From NCBI RefSeq assembly GCF_001194135.2, contig NC_068992.1, positions 66,932,556 through 66,996,555 of the forward strand: a stretch of 64,000 nt of DNA. The letters run 5' to 3'. The first letter of the stretch is position 1. Each line of letters starts with the position of its first letter. The notes under the pieces are model-generated. The model searched no databases and was not told the DNA's origin. It was given only the letters and a program-made list of their open reading frames with translations. Shown here one piece after another: positions 42,054 through 56,879 of this stretch. This stretch comes from Octopus bimaculoides. Its lineage: Eukaryota. The position numbers and the translations under genes are program-made.

Positions 42054-42862
42054 ACACACGCACACACACACACACAGAGGGTCAATACAAAGTCGTAGTA
42101 CAACTTCAAATTACCATAAACATCGTATATAATATATGATATAATAATCAATCTGTGACAAGGATAATTGACAGATTGTATTACATATCTGAATAGATTT
42201 ATGCGAGATAATGAATTTTGAACATTTCGCTCAGCATTTAACCTGCAACCCGTATAGAAGTTATAACAATACATGTTACCTCAGCTGCCTCATAATAATT
42301 AGTCATAATCAGCCAGGCAACAACATACAACAGTTTTTATATATCCACGTGACATATACATGCGGTACTCATTAATTTAATGAAAAACTTCATAAATCTT
42401 TGAGTAAAACTGTTCTGAGCAATGCTTATAAAATAGATGCAACAGGATTTTGGACCTTTACTGCTTAAGTCTAGCAGATAAAGATCGAAAGTTGTACGAA
42501 TTTTTAAAATTAAAACTAAAATGTCAGAAGAATGTTATAACCAGCCTGGGAATTATATATATATTTTCACAGAATAATGCCACACACTAGACTTCCATAA
42601 TAAACACATTTTTACCGAATGCGAGGAAAAGCGACTCTTAAAAAAACCAACCTTTTAAAAACACACATATATATATATATATATATATTGTTGCTGATTG
42701 TGTATGCATGCATTTACACAACTGCGTGTAGCAAATGCGAATCAAAAATTAAAGCTATAAAAATCTAAAATTTAAAATTTATACCCGCTCAAGTGTATTT
42801 TGACGGCCATGTACATACACACACACACAAACGCACACTCATATACACACATACATATATTG

Positions 42863-42925
<63 letters not shown>

Positions 42926-43009
42926 TATAGTTGTATATATATACTGTTGAAACTGATTATGTAAGAGACCTGTTTTGTGGTAATTAGTTTGATTAGCACG
43001 TTGGTCATC

Positions 43010-43600
43010 AGTGACCTTATCTGACTCCAGTTTTTGTAATTTGAGTTTGGAGATTAGAAATAAATATTGGTCATCTTCTTGTCTCTATGCTAGTGAAATG
43101 CCCTAATCATTTCTTTTGTCTGAGTAACATTTGCAGGATTTGATGCTTTATGCCAATTTCTTCTTCACTATAAGAAGGCACTTTGTCTTTTAATGTCATC
43201 TTTTCCACATGATGCACAATTCCACCTCAAATGATTCCAATGTGTTTCAAAGAACATCAATTTTTAAAACTCGTCATTTCGATGATTAATAACTCTAGCT
43301 TACATTCCCGGCGCTCTTGCATTGTTTATAGCGATGATCTTCGCATCTTCTCTCCTGAGAGTGGTGGCAGGGACTAAGGGTTCTAGATTCAGATCTGCTT
43401 CCAGTAAGATGCAAAAAGACTTCTTAAGAGAGGTTAATCATAAACCAACTCACCACTGGGGGCACTTTGCCCAACTGCACAGTAGGATGCTCAGCCATGA
43501 AATTTTATTGTAGCTCTGTACTTCATTCATCATTTAGATTTGATCGAACAGAAAATGTACGAGGTGTGATGTGGGATTCAACTCCATCTTGTAGTTCTTT
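43010..43600 (-). mobile_element. Decayed RTE-type LINE fragment (AP endonuclease N-terminus)
   Basis: Minus strand GNV..KLELLIIEMTSF / KIDVL* and YSEEEIGIKH, matching the WNV..KL..L..EM.R.KIDVLG.SE and YSG.E motifs of RTE-clade endonucleases; frameshifted. Confidence 0.55.
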
Positions 43601-44231
43601 GCCATAGAAATGTTAGTTTCTTCTCAGAGCTAATATCTAATCAATAACTAAACTACTACAGTGCGTTCCAGCTAAATTTGATAGCTCACATAAAAGGAAA
43701 TGAAAACACAATATCCCATCAAAAAATCAAAGCATATCAGCTACATTATGGATGGTAGATAAAAGTTTATTCAAATTCGGTGCCCACAATTTCCACCACG
43801 ACTTCAGGACGACTCTGGAGTCTCGCGCATGCGTTATTCACGGTGTTCCTAGGAAATATTCGATAACCTCTTTGGTCTTGGCCACCAGCCCAGCTTTAGG
43901 ATGACAGACAGAGCAGTCAGTGTTTTTATCAACTGTGTTAACAGATATGGAGGTTTCCAGTCCGCCATGTCAGCTAACTTTTTCTAAATTACAACTGTAA
44001 CCATTATACTCAGTAACGTAGTTGACTATTCACCAATGCAGCAAACTGTTACTGAAGAAAAGAAGACATAAGACAAACCGTCAAATTTAGCCTGAAAACC
44101 CTGTAAATTATTTCGTAACTACATTTAAAGACTGGATGTGTATGGAAATCTTCATTTTAATGTGAAATGTGGTCACACAAGATGGCTTATGAGCCCGGAA
44201 GAATGAGAAACACACACACACTCTCTGTCTC

Positions 44232-44274
<43 letters not shown>

Positions 44275-44657
44275 TACACACATACAGCTTGTGTCTATCA
44301 CTTGCGGCTATCCTTTTATTAACACCGCTATACTTTAGATGTTCCCCAAACTTGCTACTAATGAACAATAAACGCAGACGAAATTTGGTTTCGTCTATTT
44401 TAGCTATTCTGTAGGTTGTGAAAAAACGACGATATTATTTACATGAAATCATATTAGTGAAGCGGCAGGTGTTAAACTTGCTTGCTTAATTCTCTTTGAG
44501 CAAAATCCACAGAAAACTGATTGTACACTTGGCTTTTAAAACTGGACGAAACTTGAATATCTTTGTGCTTCTACTTCACATACAAAGAAACATGCGAACA
44601 CACAGCCACGACTCTACACGAAAGTCTAATTGGACACGCAAGGAAATACTCCATAGT

Positions 44658-44704
<47 letters not shown>

Positions 44705-45360
44705 TACACAGGGTCATGTGCAACACTATATACAGCGATCCATATATAAACACACCGTACTATCATCTTCTATATTCCCGTCGTCCCTATTTACTGCGTT
44801 ATTCTATTTGTATTCTTTTCTTTCGTTTCCTTCCACTCGAAAGCCGAAGATTTCAATATTGATTCTAGAACATTCTGACAGCATAAAGTTTTCAGTAATT
44901 CTTTGAACTTAAGACAAGGCACATTGTTTTTTCTCTCGTAAAATGTCAGTAAACTGCACTCGTAGAATATAGTTCCATTTAAAATGCATCAATGTCGTAT
45001 ATGATAGCGCTCTTTCCTGTGATTAAAACTTCTTTTCTGTAATATTCATAAAACCTTTTTTGATGTGAACCATTCTATCAGACGCAGATAAAGTCAGCAA
45101 CTTCACCAACGGAAAAAAAACAAAAACAAACAAAGAAAACACATTTTTCATCGTTGTGGTTTGTTCAAGAATGGACTTTCAAATTTCTTTATCATTTACG
45201 TTATTATTATTGTTACTGGTATTGTTGTTGTTATTGTTGTTGTTATTGTTGTTGTTATTGATGGTGGTGGTGGTGACGCTCGACGTGCCACTCTTACTGC
45301 AACTGCTGTTGGTGCTCTCATTGTGTTTCTATTGTTACCTTTCTGGCGTTTGGGTTGCAA

Positions 45361-45553
45361 CTCTTCTTCTTCTTCTTCTTCTTCTTCTTCTTCTTCTTCT
45401 TCTTCTTCTTCTTCTTCTTCTGCTTTTCCGTCTTCTTCTTCTTCTTCTTCTTCTTCTTCTTCTTCTTCTTCTTCTTCTTCTTCTTCTTCTTCTTCTTCTT
45501 CTTCTTCTTCTTCTTCTGCTTCTTCGTCTTCTGCTTTTCCGTCTTCTTCTTCT
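45361..45553. repeat. (CTT)n microsatellite with two GCTTTTCCGT interruptions
   Basis: Direct reading; interruption repeated at about 45422 and 45533. Confidence 0.95.
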
Positions 45554-46405
45554 TGCTCCTCTATCCTTTCTTAATTAAACTTTAAAGATATTCTCGTGCT
45601 GCATTTCTCTTCCAATCTACATAAACCTCTATTTCTCCTGTTTATTACTTTATTTCCTATCGCTTCTCCTTTCAGAGCATTATCCCATTATCCAACAATA
45701 TTAAACCACAACCACAACTAAATTTCACAACAATTGTTCCAAACGAATATTTTTATAAAACATTTCGAACAAAAGCTGCCATGTTTTCTCATGTAATTTT
45801 ATTTTAAAATTCCATTTTAAAATCTGACTCGAACGAAAAACAATAATAACAACATTAATAAAAATTAATTTTCTGAAAATAAAAAAAATGAAAAGAAGCC
45901 TTCAGGAAAGATTGCGTTGAACGACAATTATTTACGTTGCAATAAAACTACAAAATGTGTAACATATATGGTAGAATAGATACAATACCGGAAGTTATTT
46001 ATCAGGGTTAAAGGTAAATCAGCCGCGGTCTAACTTCAACTAGGAACAATGAAAGGAGAAAATTCAATATCAAATCGTTTTTATATTTGGTTTCCCATAT
46101 TTAAACTGAGCGAAGTTTTGATTAATTTATGTACAATAGTTGCTGAATATTGCATACAAAATTAATTATGAAGGATGTATTTAGCTATATTGACATTAAA
46201 AATTTTTCAACGTAATGTTTGATATAGGCAAGTATTTAAATCTCCATCTAACATTGATACAAAGAACTTTTGTCGTACGATAATAGATCAAACACAACCG
46301 ACATCAATCATCACCTAATTTTTATATTTATTGTTAAAATTATAAAGCTAACCCAAGAACAAAACACAAACATATAAGCGCGCACCAAATTCACACACAC
46401 AGACA

Positions 46406-46454
<49 letters not shown>

Positions 46455-46557
46455 TTGTTTTAAACGTTAAAATAAGATTATTACTTTAAGTGTAACAATA
46501 ATGCATTTATTGGTTCTCTGGTGAGATTAGAATCATATTTATTATGGAAGATGAAGC

Positions 46558-46638
46558 TGACTGGGACTTCAAAATTTGCCGATCGGTTTGGTCAGTCAGC
46601 ATTCTGTTTGACCAAGCTGATAGGTGAAGTTCCAGTCA
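46558..46638 (+). ncRNA. Candidate structured RNA / pre-miRNA-like hairpin
   Basis: Outer stem 14/14 paired, 7-nt 5' bulge, inner stem 15/16 paired, 14-nt loop; three G-U pairs on the plus strand; no expression evidence. Confidence 0.3.
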
Positions 46639-46981
46639 AATTGATCTTTCTCAATAGATTTGACTTTAGTCTCACAATGGAACCAATAAATTCTCCATTG
46701 TTATTCTTAAGATTGACAGTGATCTGTTTGCGCCGCTGATGATGAGAATGCTCCATGGTGAATCTCTTATATCTTAGTCTTGCTATTCTGTGTTGCCCTT
46801 CATTCTTGTAAATTAAAAGATTTCATGGATTCATAGTTTGCGGAGATCGCTTACTTTGCTATTGCTTGGCCTTCTTCATAGACAATCTAAGAAGGCTTAG
46901 ACAATGCTGAGATATTAGTGCCTAGTTCTGGGAGGTTCTGTGGCATGTATACACACACACACACGCACACATACGCACACA

Positions 46982-47055
<74 letters not shown>

Positions 47056-48152
47056 CATACATGCTTTTAATTTCATTTAAATTGTACAAATTATCCAGGC
47101 CATATACACGTGTTGTACTTTTTCTGTATATGTCTAAATCCCTTGGCTGTTGGTCAAAATGTTTAACAACTGTCGTCCTGAAGGCGCCAATTGAGGCGGA
47201 AAACGTGTCCGTCACTGTCCTCTTAAAACCAAACAATCAATCTGACATTACCTTAATGATATGTCTACTTGATTCTTGAGATTTTCTCCTTTTCTCGAGT
47301 GCAGTAGGTCTTAACTGCCATTTGGAAAATTTGGCAAATCCACTTCGGTTGGAGACGATTTTAGTAAAACAAAAATTTTTGGTGTATGTTATTTGAGATA
47401 ATTGTATTTCTCTCTCGCTCTCTCTCTCTCTTTATCGCTTTCTCTCTCTGTATCTGTGTCTATAACTGTAACATAGATATATCTATGTATGTTTACATAT
47501 ATACATATATAACTATGCACACTCACACATACACGACAGTATTCTAAAATTTTAATTAGCCAAGACATTGATGGAAGTAATCAACGTTCGCGATAACAAG
47601 TGACAGTTGCCTACTTAGTGAACTAATTAACTGAATAATGATTGTAGGCAAACATTTATCAAATTTCTGGTTTATGTTAGTGTGACAGGTGGAGAAACAT
47701 CTAAGATATGTGAGAAGACGTTGGTCTCGATAAGCAAACATTTAAAAGCAATAAACTAAGTTTTCTTTTTAGATCATAGACTCGGAATCGAAGTGGAAAG
47801 TAAAAGAAAAAGAAAAAAAGAAATGGAAGACAGCGATAGGGTAGATGTATATAAGGTTATGTGAGTAGGAAATCATTAAATGTTGTGTACACCTTAGAAC
47901 AAGTATGGCTGCCATTACTTCAATTGACTGAAATATTGTGATACTTACATCAAGTATTGTCCCAGGAGATAATGGCTAAGTGGTTTAAAGAATTGAAACC
48001 TGTGAGTAGAAATAATTATTTGTATTAGAAAGTGTCTTAGACTAATATATCACTCCTGGTTTATTTATAGTTTCAACAACAACGAAGAAAAACATAATAC
48101 AAGTTCAATACACTTGGCATATATTAGTTGTCTAATGCTATGGAATACACTG

Positions 48153-48185
<33 letters not shown>

Positions 48186-51070
48186 TGACGCAGGAGTGGG
48201 AGGAGGGCCACCAGTGACATAGTCGAAGTAAGGAAGGAGGAGTAGGTGTTAGTATTCATCTTAAGAAATATGAAAGCCTAAGAAAGTTGGAATAAAAAAT
48301 ATAGAACCTTGAGATGTAGTGTATGTGGGAACACAAGATAGAGATGTTAATGGGTTTGAGATGTCAAATTTCTCCATTGTTGCTGCGACCAAGAAGACAC
48401 CATATATAGATGTGTGTGTATAAAATTTTACTGGTTCCAGACAATAGACTGAAGACGAACGCGATTTTTACTCGATCATACGGATCACAACACGCAATAA
48501 AATGCATTGCTCTGTGCTTTGTTTTATTCTTGCTCTCGAACAGCTAAGTTACAACATATTGACAAAAATATCAGGTTCATTTTAATCGGTTGAGATGTCA
48601 AAACAGACACACAGACACACACACATCTATATGTGGGAGGAAGGCCACGAGAGTGTTGTTTTGAGTTTGAAGGTAGGATTACCCAAGGTACCCATTCTAT
48701 CTGTTTTCCTTTTGTTTAAATACGAGATGTCTCAGTTGTTAAGTGGTTTTGGATTTCTGCGCACGTGTAGAGATATAATTACTAGCAGACACCATTTAAT
48801 TACCACGTCTCAAGTAATTATAAAATGTAAATTTTAAAACGAAATACAGTGCAGTTTATTTTAAAATAAATTTATTTCACTGATAATTCTTCAACTTGCT
48901 TCTTCATTGCCTCCAAGCAAGACGTCAGAGAGGAAACAACAAAAGCTATAAGCAAATACAAAATATGAGGAGCCAATCGCAGACAGCAAGAAACATCACT
49001 GAAATAACAGAACAGCTATAGTTATGGCAAGGGAAGTACAAGTAATAAGTGGAGTGAGTCATCGTCGGCAAGGATAAGAACCTCAACGTCAACTATGCTA
49101 TAAAGGAGACCAGATAAAATATGTTCATCAGTAAATAACACGATTCACTCTGGTAATGAACCGGATAATTTAGATTTTAAATATGTTCACTTTATTTTAA
49201 TGAATCTAACTAGATTATCTTCATTGACTTTATATCAAAACACTGAACCTAGATTGGATCCAAAAGTGGAAAAAAGAGGCAGCCTAACAGTGCATCTCTC
49301 AAGAATACTACTAAAGGACCCAAATATTGCTGCCTTATAAGAAGTTTCTTGTCCATTATCGAAGTCTCACTACAAGTTCTCCATAGAATTGGTTCTCTTC
49401 TTCCTCTTCCTTCAGTCAACATCAATTCATACAATTTTACTTTATTAGTGGTTTGAAGGTTTCATATTCTAAACAATATCGACAAGGTTTTATATTCCTA
49501 CTATTGGCAGGGTTTTATATTATGACCAATTTGTGAACGAGCTAAGCAAGTCTCTCAAAATACAGGAGCAGTTACCTCACAGATATAAATTGAAGAAAGA
49601 ATTGATAATTAATCCTAAGTGTTTGTTGTTTCTGACTGGGCAATATCTCTTAGGTTCTTTTGCTGCTTAGATTTAATAAACCGTTTATAAAATATTCTGT
49701 TTCATGAAAACGGAGTCACAAACACACACATACACTCCTACTACTACACTCCCTCACGTGTACCCTTTCCCCTTCACTCCCCACATTAGCTGAAACTGAT
49801 GTAGCACCTCTAGCGACGATCATCGCTGGAACCGATAAAGCTCTTCCGCACACGTTAGTGTGACAAAATTAATGACATTTGACTTAGAAGTCGTTGTAGC
49901 ATGCGGTAACGTGTTGTTACATGTAACGTAATTTAACTTGTACTGAGTTGTAACATTTTAGATGATATTAAAAAACTATTCGAACATTAAAAAAATTACA
50001 CCCACCAAAGTAGAATTTGGTCATCAAAAACTTCTTGATCGTATTTTTTCTACGCTAAATCCGTTCTAAAGAAATGAAACTCTTGCTAATCCTTCCGGAA
50101 AAGTTACGTCGGTGTGACATTTCATTTTCCTTATTGAAAACCTGAGAGAGAATCGAACCAAGTTGTTTGACAGAGGGAAAGATTCGTGAAGTATTCAGTA
50201 ACATTCCATTCCGTTGAGTTGAAACTCTCAGAATAAAGTGGATAATGAATTCCAGCGCTTTCTATAAATGAGAGTCAAATGTTTAGCCCATAGAAATTGC
50301 TTCGAAAGGAGAATAGGATTTAAACAATTGACTGTTCGGTGGTAGGTCTGAAAGCACAGCGAGTTGATTGCTGCAACCGTAAAATATATCATTGATGTAT
50401 GTTCAATGTACTTCAATATGAAGTATACAATAAGATATATATATGCAGAAGGAGCTAGTATTTACAGCTTGTTATAGTCACTCTTGAGAAAACCACAAAA
50501 CTGAATCTAGCAGCAGAATAATTCTTAAAATCTAGGATATTACTTCTTGGAGATTAAAGGTTCATTTTGAAGTTGCTGTTTTTTCTCCATTAGATATTTT
50601 TTAATACTCACATGAAAGATAGATTCAATGTGAATAGTATGTAGGAGAAAAAAAGTTTATTTCTTGCAATTTTAGCTTTTGTTGTTGTAGTAGTATAAAG
50701 GCATAAATAAAACGAAGTGAAATATTATTCATTGACACGTCGTAGTAAACATGGGTATAAGTAGCGAGCTTATCCTTGCTTTGAGAGATAAAGAGGGACT
50801 GAGAAAAGGAGTGTGTGAGAGGGAAAGACGGGTAGATAGATAAAGAGAGAGAAGGAGTGAAAGAGAGGAGGAATGAAGAGAGAGAGAGAGAGAATGAAAA
50901 AGATTTGAATAAAGAAATGTAAACACAAGATTTAGTTTGTTCAGCTGACAATGTATTTGTTAACGATATTTAGTCAAGCATTCATCTATTCAACTTCATA
51001 CAAAAGCAAAGAATTAATGTACATCACTAATCAAAATATGTTATGTATGCACCAGCACAAATTCACAAAC

Positions 51071-51131
<61 letters not shown>

Positions 51132-51440
51132 CCATTTATACTCATATACAATTGTGCATGTGTGTGTATGTTTCTGGTTATACCTGCATAAATGTATTTT
51201 CTGAAAGACTATTATTATCAAAGACATGAATTGGTGAGTATATATAAAGTGCTGCCTGTGTATACATCTCGTGAATAAGTGGATGTGGACCCAGGCTTGT
51301 CTCTTTGTCTCTTTGTCAGTGAATGCCGTTGGAAACGTCATAGTTATGAATACTTTATTTTCCGATAAACAATCCTCTGTCCATAGTCTTCGTAGAACTT
51401 CTCTTCTTGTAAATGGTAATGCCATCTACAATAGAATTCT

Positions 51441-51485
51441 GAGCAGCAGCAGCAGCAGCAGCAGCAGCACCAGCGGCACCAGCAG
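51441..51485. repeat. (CAG)n microsatellite
   Basis: Direct reading. Confidence 0.9.
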
Positions 51486-52906
51486 TTGTGACAGCGATTA
51501 CAACTTATCATTGTATGAGAATTCGTGACTATATTCAACAGATCATTTTTCCAAGATGATTACGAATATTAGTTGTAAGTTTTCACTGAAATCCGAATCA
51601 GCATTACATATTGTAACCTGAAATAATAGTTCTACTGTTTTTAAGATTTCTGCATTGACTATTTTTGGAACAAGGTGGTCTATTATTCGCGAAACTATAT
51701 ATTTGATTCTTAAAATGGAAATACTTCTGATACTGGCGCTAAGTAACGATACTTTTAAGGGATGGAGTAGCGAATTGTTTTGGCCTCAGTACTTGACCTC
51801 AAGCTATTAAATCAGGACTCAGCTTCTGTGATGACAAGACTATCTAATAATATTTGTGCATCCTCACTATAACAGCATTTCAAATTAGAATTTTGATTGT
51901 CGTTATATGAAATATGTTAATGTTTATTTAACTAAGGACCGTGATATTCTTGTTCAACGCATATTTGCAGTTATCCATATATGGATATCCACATATAATC
52001 ATATCATCATTACGTATCTATCTATATCTTATTCAATATAATCATATACACACAAACACACGCATTAAAAATGTGTATATGTACATATACATACACACAT
52101 ATGTTTGTGTGTGTGTTTGTATGTTTGTGTAACGGTCATGCGCACTCTAACGTTTTCCGAAATAGTGTGTTATTTCAGAGAGGTGTGACATCTGTCTTCA
52201 CTAGGTTGAGTGACCACGTAACGGCTCCCTTACAAACCAAACTCGTTGATCACCAAGTATATATTGCTCGACCACACGTAGAATACCGAGGCCAAATGGA
52301 AGTGACGTCATTAAGACCGGAAAAACAGAGATTTAAATGTCGGAAAATAAATATAAAATGAAAGAAATAAATGTAATCTAATCACACAAACATTAAAAGC
52401 TGATATTTGGGCCGGATTACAGTACTCTACCACCACGAACTGTGACTTAAAAATGGCGACCAGCCACGAGCTAAAATTGGTGTAATGTCTCTTGGTTCGA
52501 GCCACATGCTTACACGTACTATTGCAGTAACAGCATGTGAATAACACTACATTGGTTTGCTTGCCTTTTCGTTGTCCTCACTTTATCAAAACGAGGAATA
52601 CATTCATGTATGGCCCACCCCAATGAATGGAATACATATACCTCGTGCCATGCATTTTCTAGGACTTCCTTTTCCTGTTTAATTGAATGCATGGTAAAGC
52701 TCCACCTGCATTTTAAAAACAAGCCGTATTTAAAACAATGTAAAAACAAGATATATTAATATCTAAAAGTCCGAACTTTTTTCAGCTGCAGCTGAAAAAT
52801 AGACTTTTCTCGACTTGTCCTGAAGTTACATCCCCTCAAAGTATCCCCAAAAGTTAACTTCTACGTCCAATGAAACTAAGACTTGCTCGGAATCCAAATT
52901 CTTTGC

Positions 52907-52923
52907 ACTACTACTACTACTGT

Positions 52924-52987
<64 letters not shown>
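52907..52987. repeat. (ACT)n microsatellite
   Basis: Direct reading. Confidence 0.95.
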
Positions 52988-53839
52988 GCATATATGGTAG
53001 GGTTCTTACATAACTTCTCTGAAACATGCAATGAAATAGGGGCCTCAATTACTAAAGGTATAACAATGCTAATAGATAGAAAGCTACGAGTCAACTCAGC
53101 AGACATCATTGTAAAAAGAAAGAAATCCAAGTCTGGCAAATAATTGACGCGTTTCGTCCAAATTAAAATAGCATGTCAGTAAAGGAGATAGGGAAGTTCT
53201 CTAAATAGAACGAGCGAAGGATTGCAATTGAGAGAATATAGAATATGCACACAGGAGTTATTCCAATAATTATAGAAATACTTGATAGTTTGAAACACTT
53301 TCATAAAACAAAATAAAGAATGGGTTGAGAGACATCCTCTCTACTTGAAGTCTTGGAGATAACTCAGCTGGGAATTGTATATATTTGGCGTTAAACACGA
53401 GCTAGAGAGGTAAAAACATCTATATTTTTGCAGTTATATTATACAATAACATTACAGTTGTCGAGATCTTATATATTTTTTTGGAAATTTTTACATGTAA
53501 TGCTGTGAATAAACTTGACTGTTAAATTTACAGCAATCTGATGTAAATCTATGATAATTTCAGTAATCTAAATGCAATAGGATTTATTTCGTGCTGTCAG
53601 TTTTAACAGGTTATTTGTTTGTCGAAGGATTGAAGAAAAATAAATTTACTCAACAGAAAGTATTGAAAGTAGGGAGATGGTTTAATTTTTGAAAATTACC
53701 ATAAAATGATGTATGGATGAAACAGAACTAGAAGAAATAAATTATAGTTTATATTTATTTCATTGTAAATGTGTAGCAATAAATGTAACATAATTACATG
53801 TTCTCAAGTAGATGCATTTATGCACTTGGATGATAGATA

Positions 53840-53874
<35 letters not shown>

Positions 53875-54783
53875 GGGGGGGGAGAAAAGGAAACGGAGAG
53901 ACAGTGACTTGCGCAAGTGTTTATATGTGTGTGCAAAATAAAATGAATTTTTATACACATACATACGTAAATGCATACATACATACATACATACATACGT
54001 ACACATATGCACGTATAAACACATGTATACATTAATGATTGTAAAGGGAGTGAGCAATCAATGCCATTCTACTACTAGTTCTATACACTTTCAGTAATTT
54101 TTCAGAGACAATTTAATAAACACAAACAACAACAATAGCAGGACAGAGTTGATTCATCATGGATACAGGAAATGTATTGTGGAAAGACAAGGTCGTGCAC
54201 AAAATTCAGTTCACTCATCCACACCCCGGGTAGATATGGTGGTGCGCTTAAAAACCACACTCCACAACCGCTAAGTTTCGGTTGTTTCAAATTCATGATC
54301 TTTGTGCAAATGTTTCCAGTCATAGCCCACAAAAAAATTGTGGATGAAATTTGGTAGACAGACATCGACAAAGATGTCTTAGGAAACCGCGGAAACGGAT
54401 GTCGGATTCTATCCTACTCTTGTGACTAATAAAAATATCATCAGTTCAATAATTATCGGGTGGGTGGAACAGTAACATAGTAACAGGGCGAAACCTTAAA
54501 ATAAAACCCTGATCTTGCATGTGTATAAGTGTGTATATATATTTGTGTGTGTATATATGTATATATGTATGTATGTATACACAGACAATGCCAAACAGAT
54601 AGTCAGATCTGACAGACATATATAGACAGCTAGATATAACATATATATATATATANNNNNNNNNNNNNNNNNNNNNNNNNNNNNNNNNNNNNNNNNNNNN
54701 NNNNNNNNNNNNNNNNNNNNNTATATATATTATATATATATATCTATCTCTGTCTATCATCTCCCTCTTTCTATCTCTGTCTG

Positions 54784-54830
<47 letters not shown>

Positions 54831-55666
54831 CTATATATATCTCTATATTTACATTTATAGAGAGCGTGAGGGAGAGAGAGATGACTTGTAATATACCAAA
54901 AACAAATTCGCTGTAATTAAAAGTTCAATCAATAATCGATCGTTAAATTCCTAAACCTCATAACATTGCTCTAAATCCCAATTGTAAAAGCTTACATGTA
55001 TAAACCTAATCGGCTAAAATGTATATTGAAAGTAAAAAGGCTAAAACAATTACCAGAGTTAGTTCATAACTTAATTACTCTCAACAGCTGTTTCATTAGG
55101 TATAACGATCATGCATTCCATAAGTACGTAATTACGATACATAATGATTAAAATTAATTGATTTTAATCAAACTTATTTAATATGCTTATATCCCATATG
55201 ACCGGCAATTTTAGGGGCTATGGATTGACATCGCCCATAATAACGAAGATTTAAGATAAATATTGCTTAAAATTAATTGGATATATATATATTAGAAGTA
55301 ATTAAGTATCTTCATTATGGAATTAATGTAATTAATTTATGAACTATCTGTGAAATTTATGTTTCCTGTTTTTTGTTCTCTCTATATATACATAATTGGA
55401 ATATTGATACACACACTCACACTCATGTATACATACATATTTGTATGTATAATATGCACTTTAACTGTTGAAATGATATTGTAATATGTTAATTGAGTGA
55501 TGAGTTTGTGTTTTACTGGTGGTTATATTCTATTTAGTGAGTATAAATATGTGTGAGTGTGTGTGTTTGTCTATGTTGTGGTCATGTATGTGCTTAGTGA
55601 TATATAATAATTTCATAGGATTTGAAATGAACACAAACTGAATAATTATTAAACAGAATTATGATC

Positions 55667-55712
55667 ATTATTGTTGTTGTTGTTGTTGTTGTTGCTGCTG
55701 TTGTTGATGTTG

Positions 55713-55749
<37 letters not shown>

Positions 55750-55761
55750 TATTATTATTAC

Positions 55762-55830
<69 letters not shown>
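55667..55830. repeat. (TTG)n-(TTA)n compound microsatellite; a similar array in reverse order at 61808-61940
   Basis: Direct reading. Confidence 0.95.
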
Positions 55831-55832
<2 letters not shown>

Positions 55833-56879
55833 TTTTACAACAAGCAAATATCTCATCAACTCTATTCTATGAATGTGAATTAAAAATGCTACAAGCTTAA
55901 TGTAAATTCTATCTATGGATTTTGTTTCCTTTGTGCTTGGTAAATAATGAAGAGAGAATAGATAGACACATTTCAAGTAAAAGAAATCTGTCTTTGACAA
56001 ACTCTAGAACATATCGACTTAAGAATATCGCTTGTAATATTTTTATGCCTGATTTTGTTTTTAAGTTAAGCATTTTTTCTGGCATTTCTTTATTGAAATA
56101 TTTTATTGAAAGCCTAAAGAACATTTCTGTTTTAATGTAGAACAACATCGTTGCATATTTCTCATTGATTTCCCTTCATAAATAAGAGGGTACAACAACA
56201 GCAAAAGAAATAACAATAACAACAGCAACAACAACAGCAACAAATGTTCCTTAAAAGTGGTGTACATATCTTTCTGTTCTCATCTTTCTTATCCAACCCA
56301 TAAAGAAGCTTATTATAGATAAACATGTGAAAGAAATATTCTTTAGAACAGTTCATTGTCTTTTGTGAATTACATTTAGCATGCAAATAGTAAAAAGTAA
56401 AAAAAGCCACTCTTAATAGACAGAAAAATTTGAAGCTGAAGAAGCATGTATGTAGGTGAAGTAATAACGTGGCAGTGTTTTATTGAAGACATTTTAATAA
56501 AGTAAAAATCATTCTGCTTATGAATAGTTATTAAGTAAATTCATTTTAGAATCGTCCTTTTTGTTACGGTAACCAACCATACTTACTTACGTGGACGTAG
56601 CTTGTTGCAGCAGTAATAAGATGTTGATTCTTTGACTGCTTAGGGAACGATACTTCGGATACTCCGAGTTTAATATACTCACTTTTATGCGTTTTCCATG
56701 CCTTATTCCAAGACATATTTCTCATCGTCTAGAGGTTCTGTTAAGAGTTCCTTTGAGGGTATAGCGTACATCATAAACTCTAAAATTCTGGTCAATCCGC
56801 TGTCACCATTATATTTATGCTGCTGTCGTAGTGTTGTAGTAGTATAGGCTAACGAATTATGGAAACCTTATCTATTCAA

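Noticed and set aside
52263-52286. IARPHVEY, like the CR1/L2 RPHLEY motif
   Set aside because: Single short motif without recognisable flanking LINE sequence
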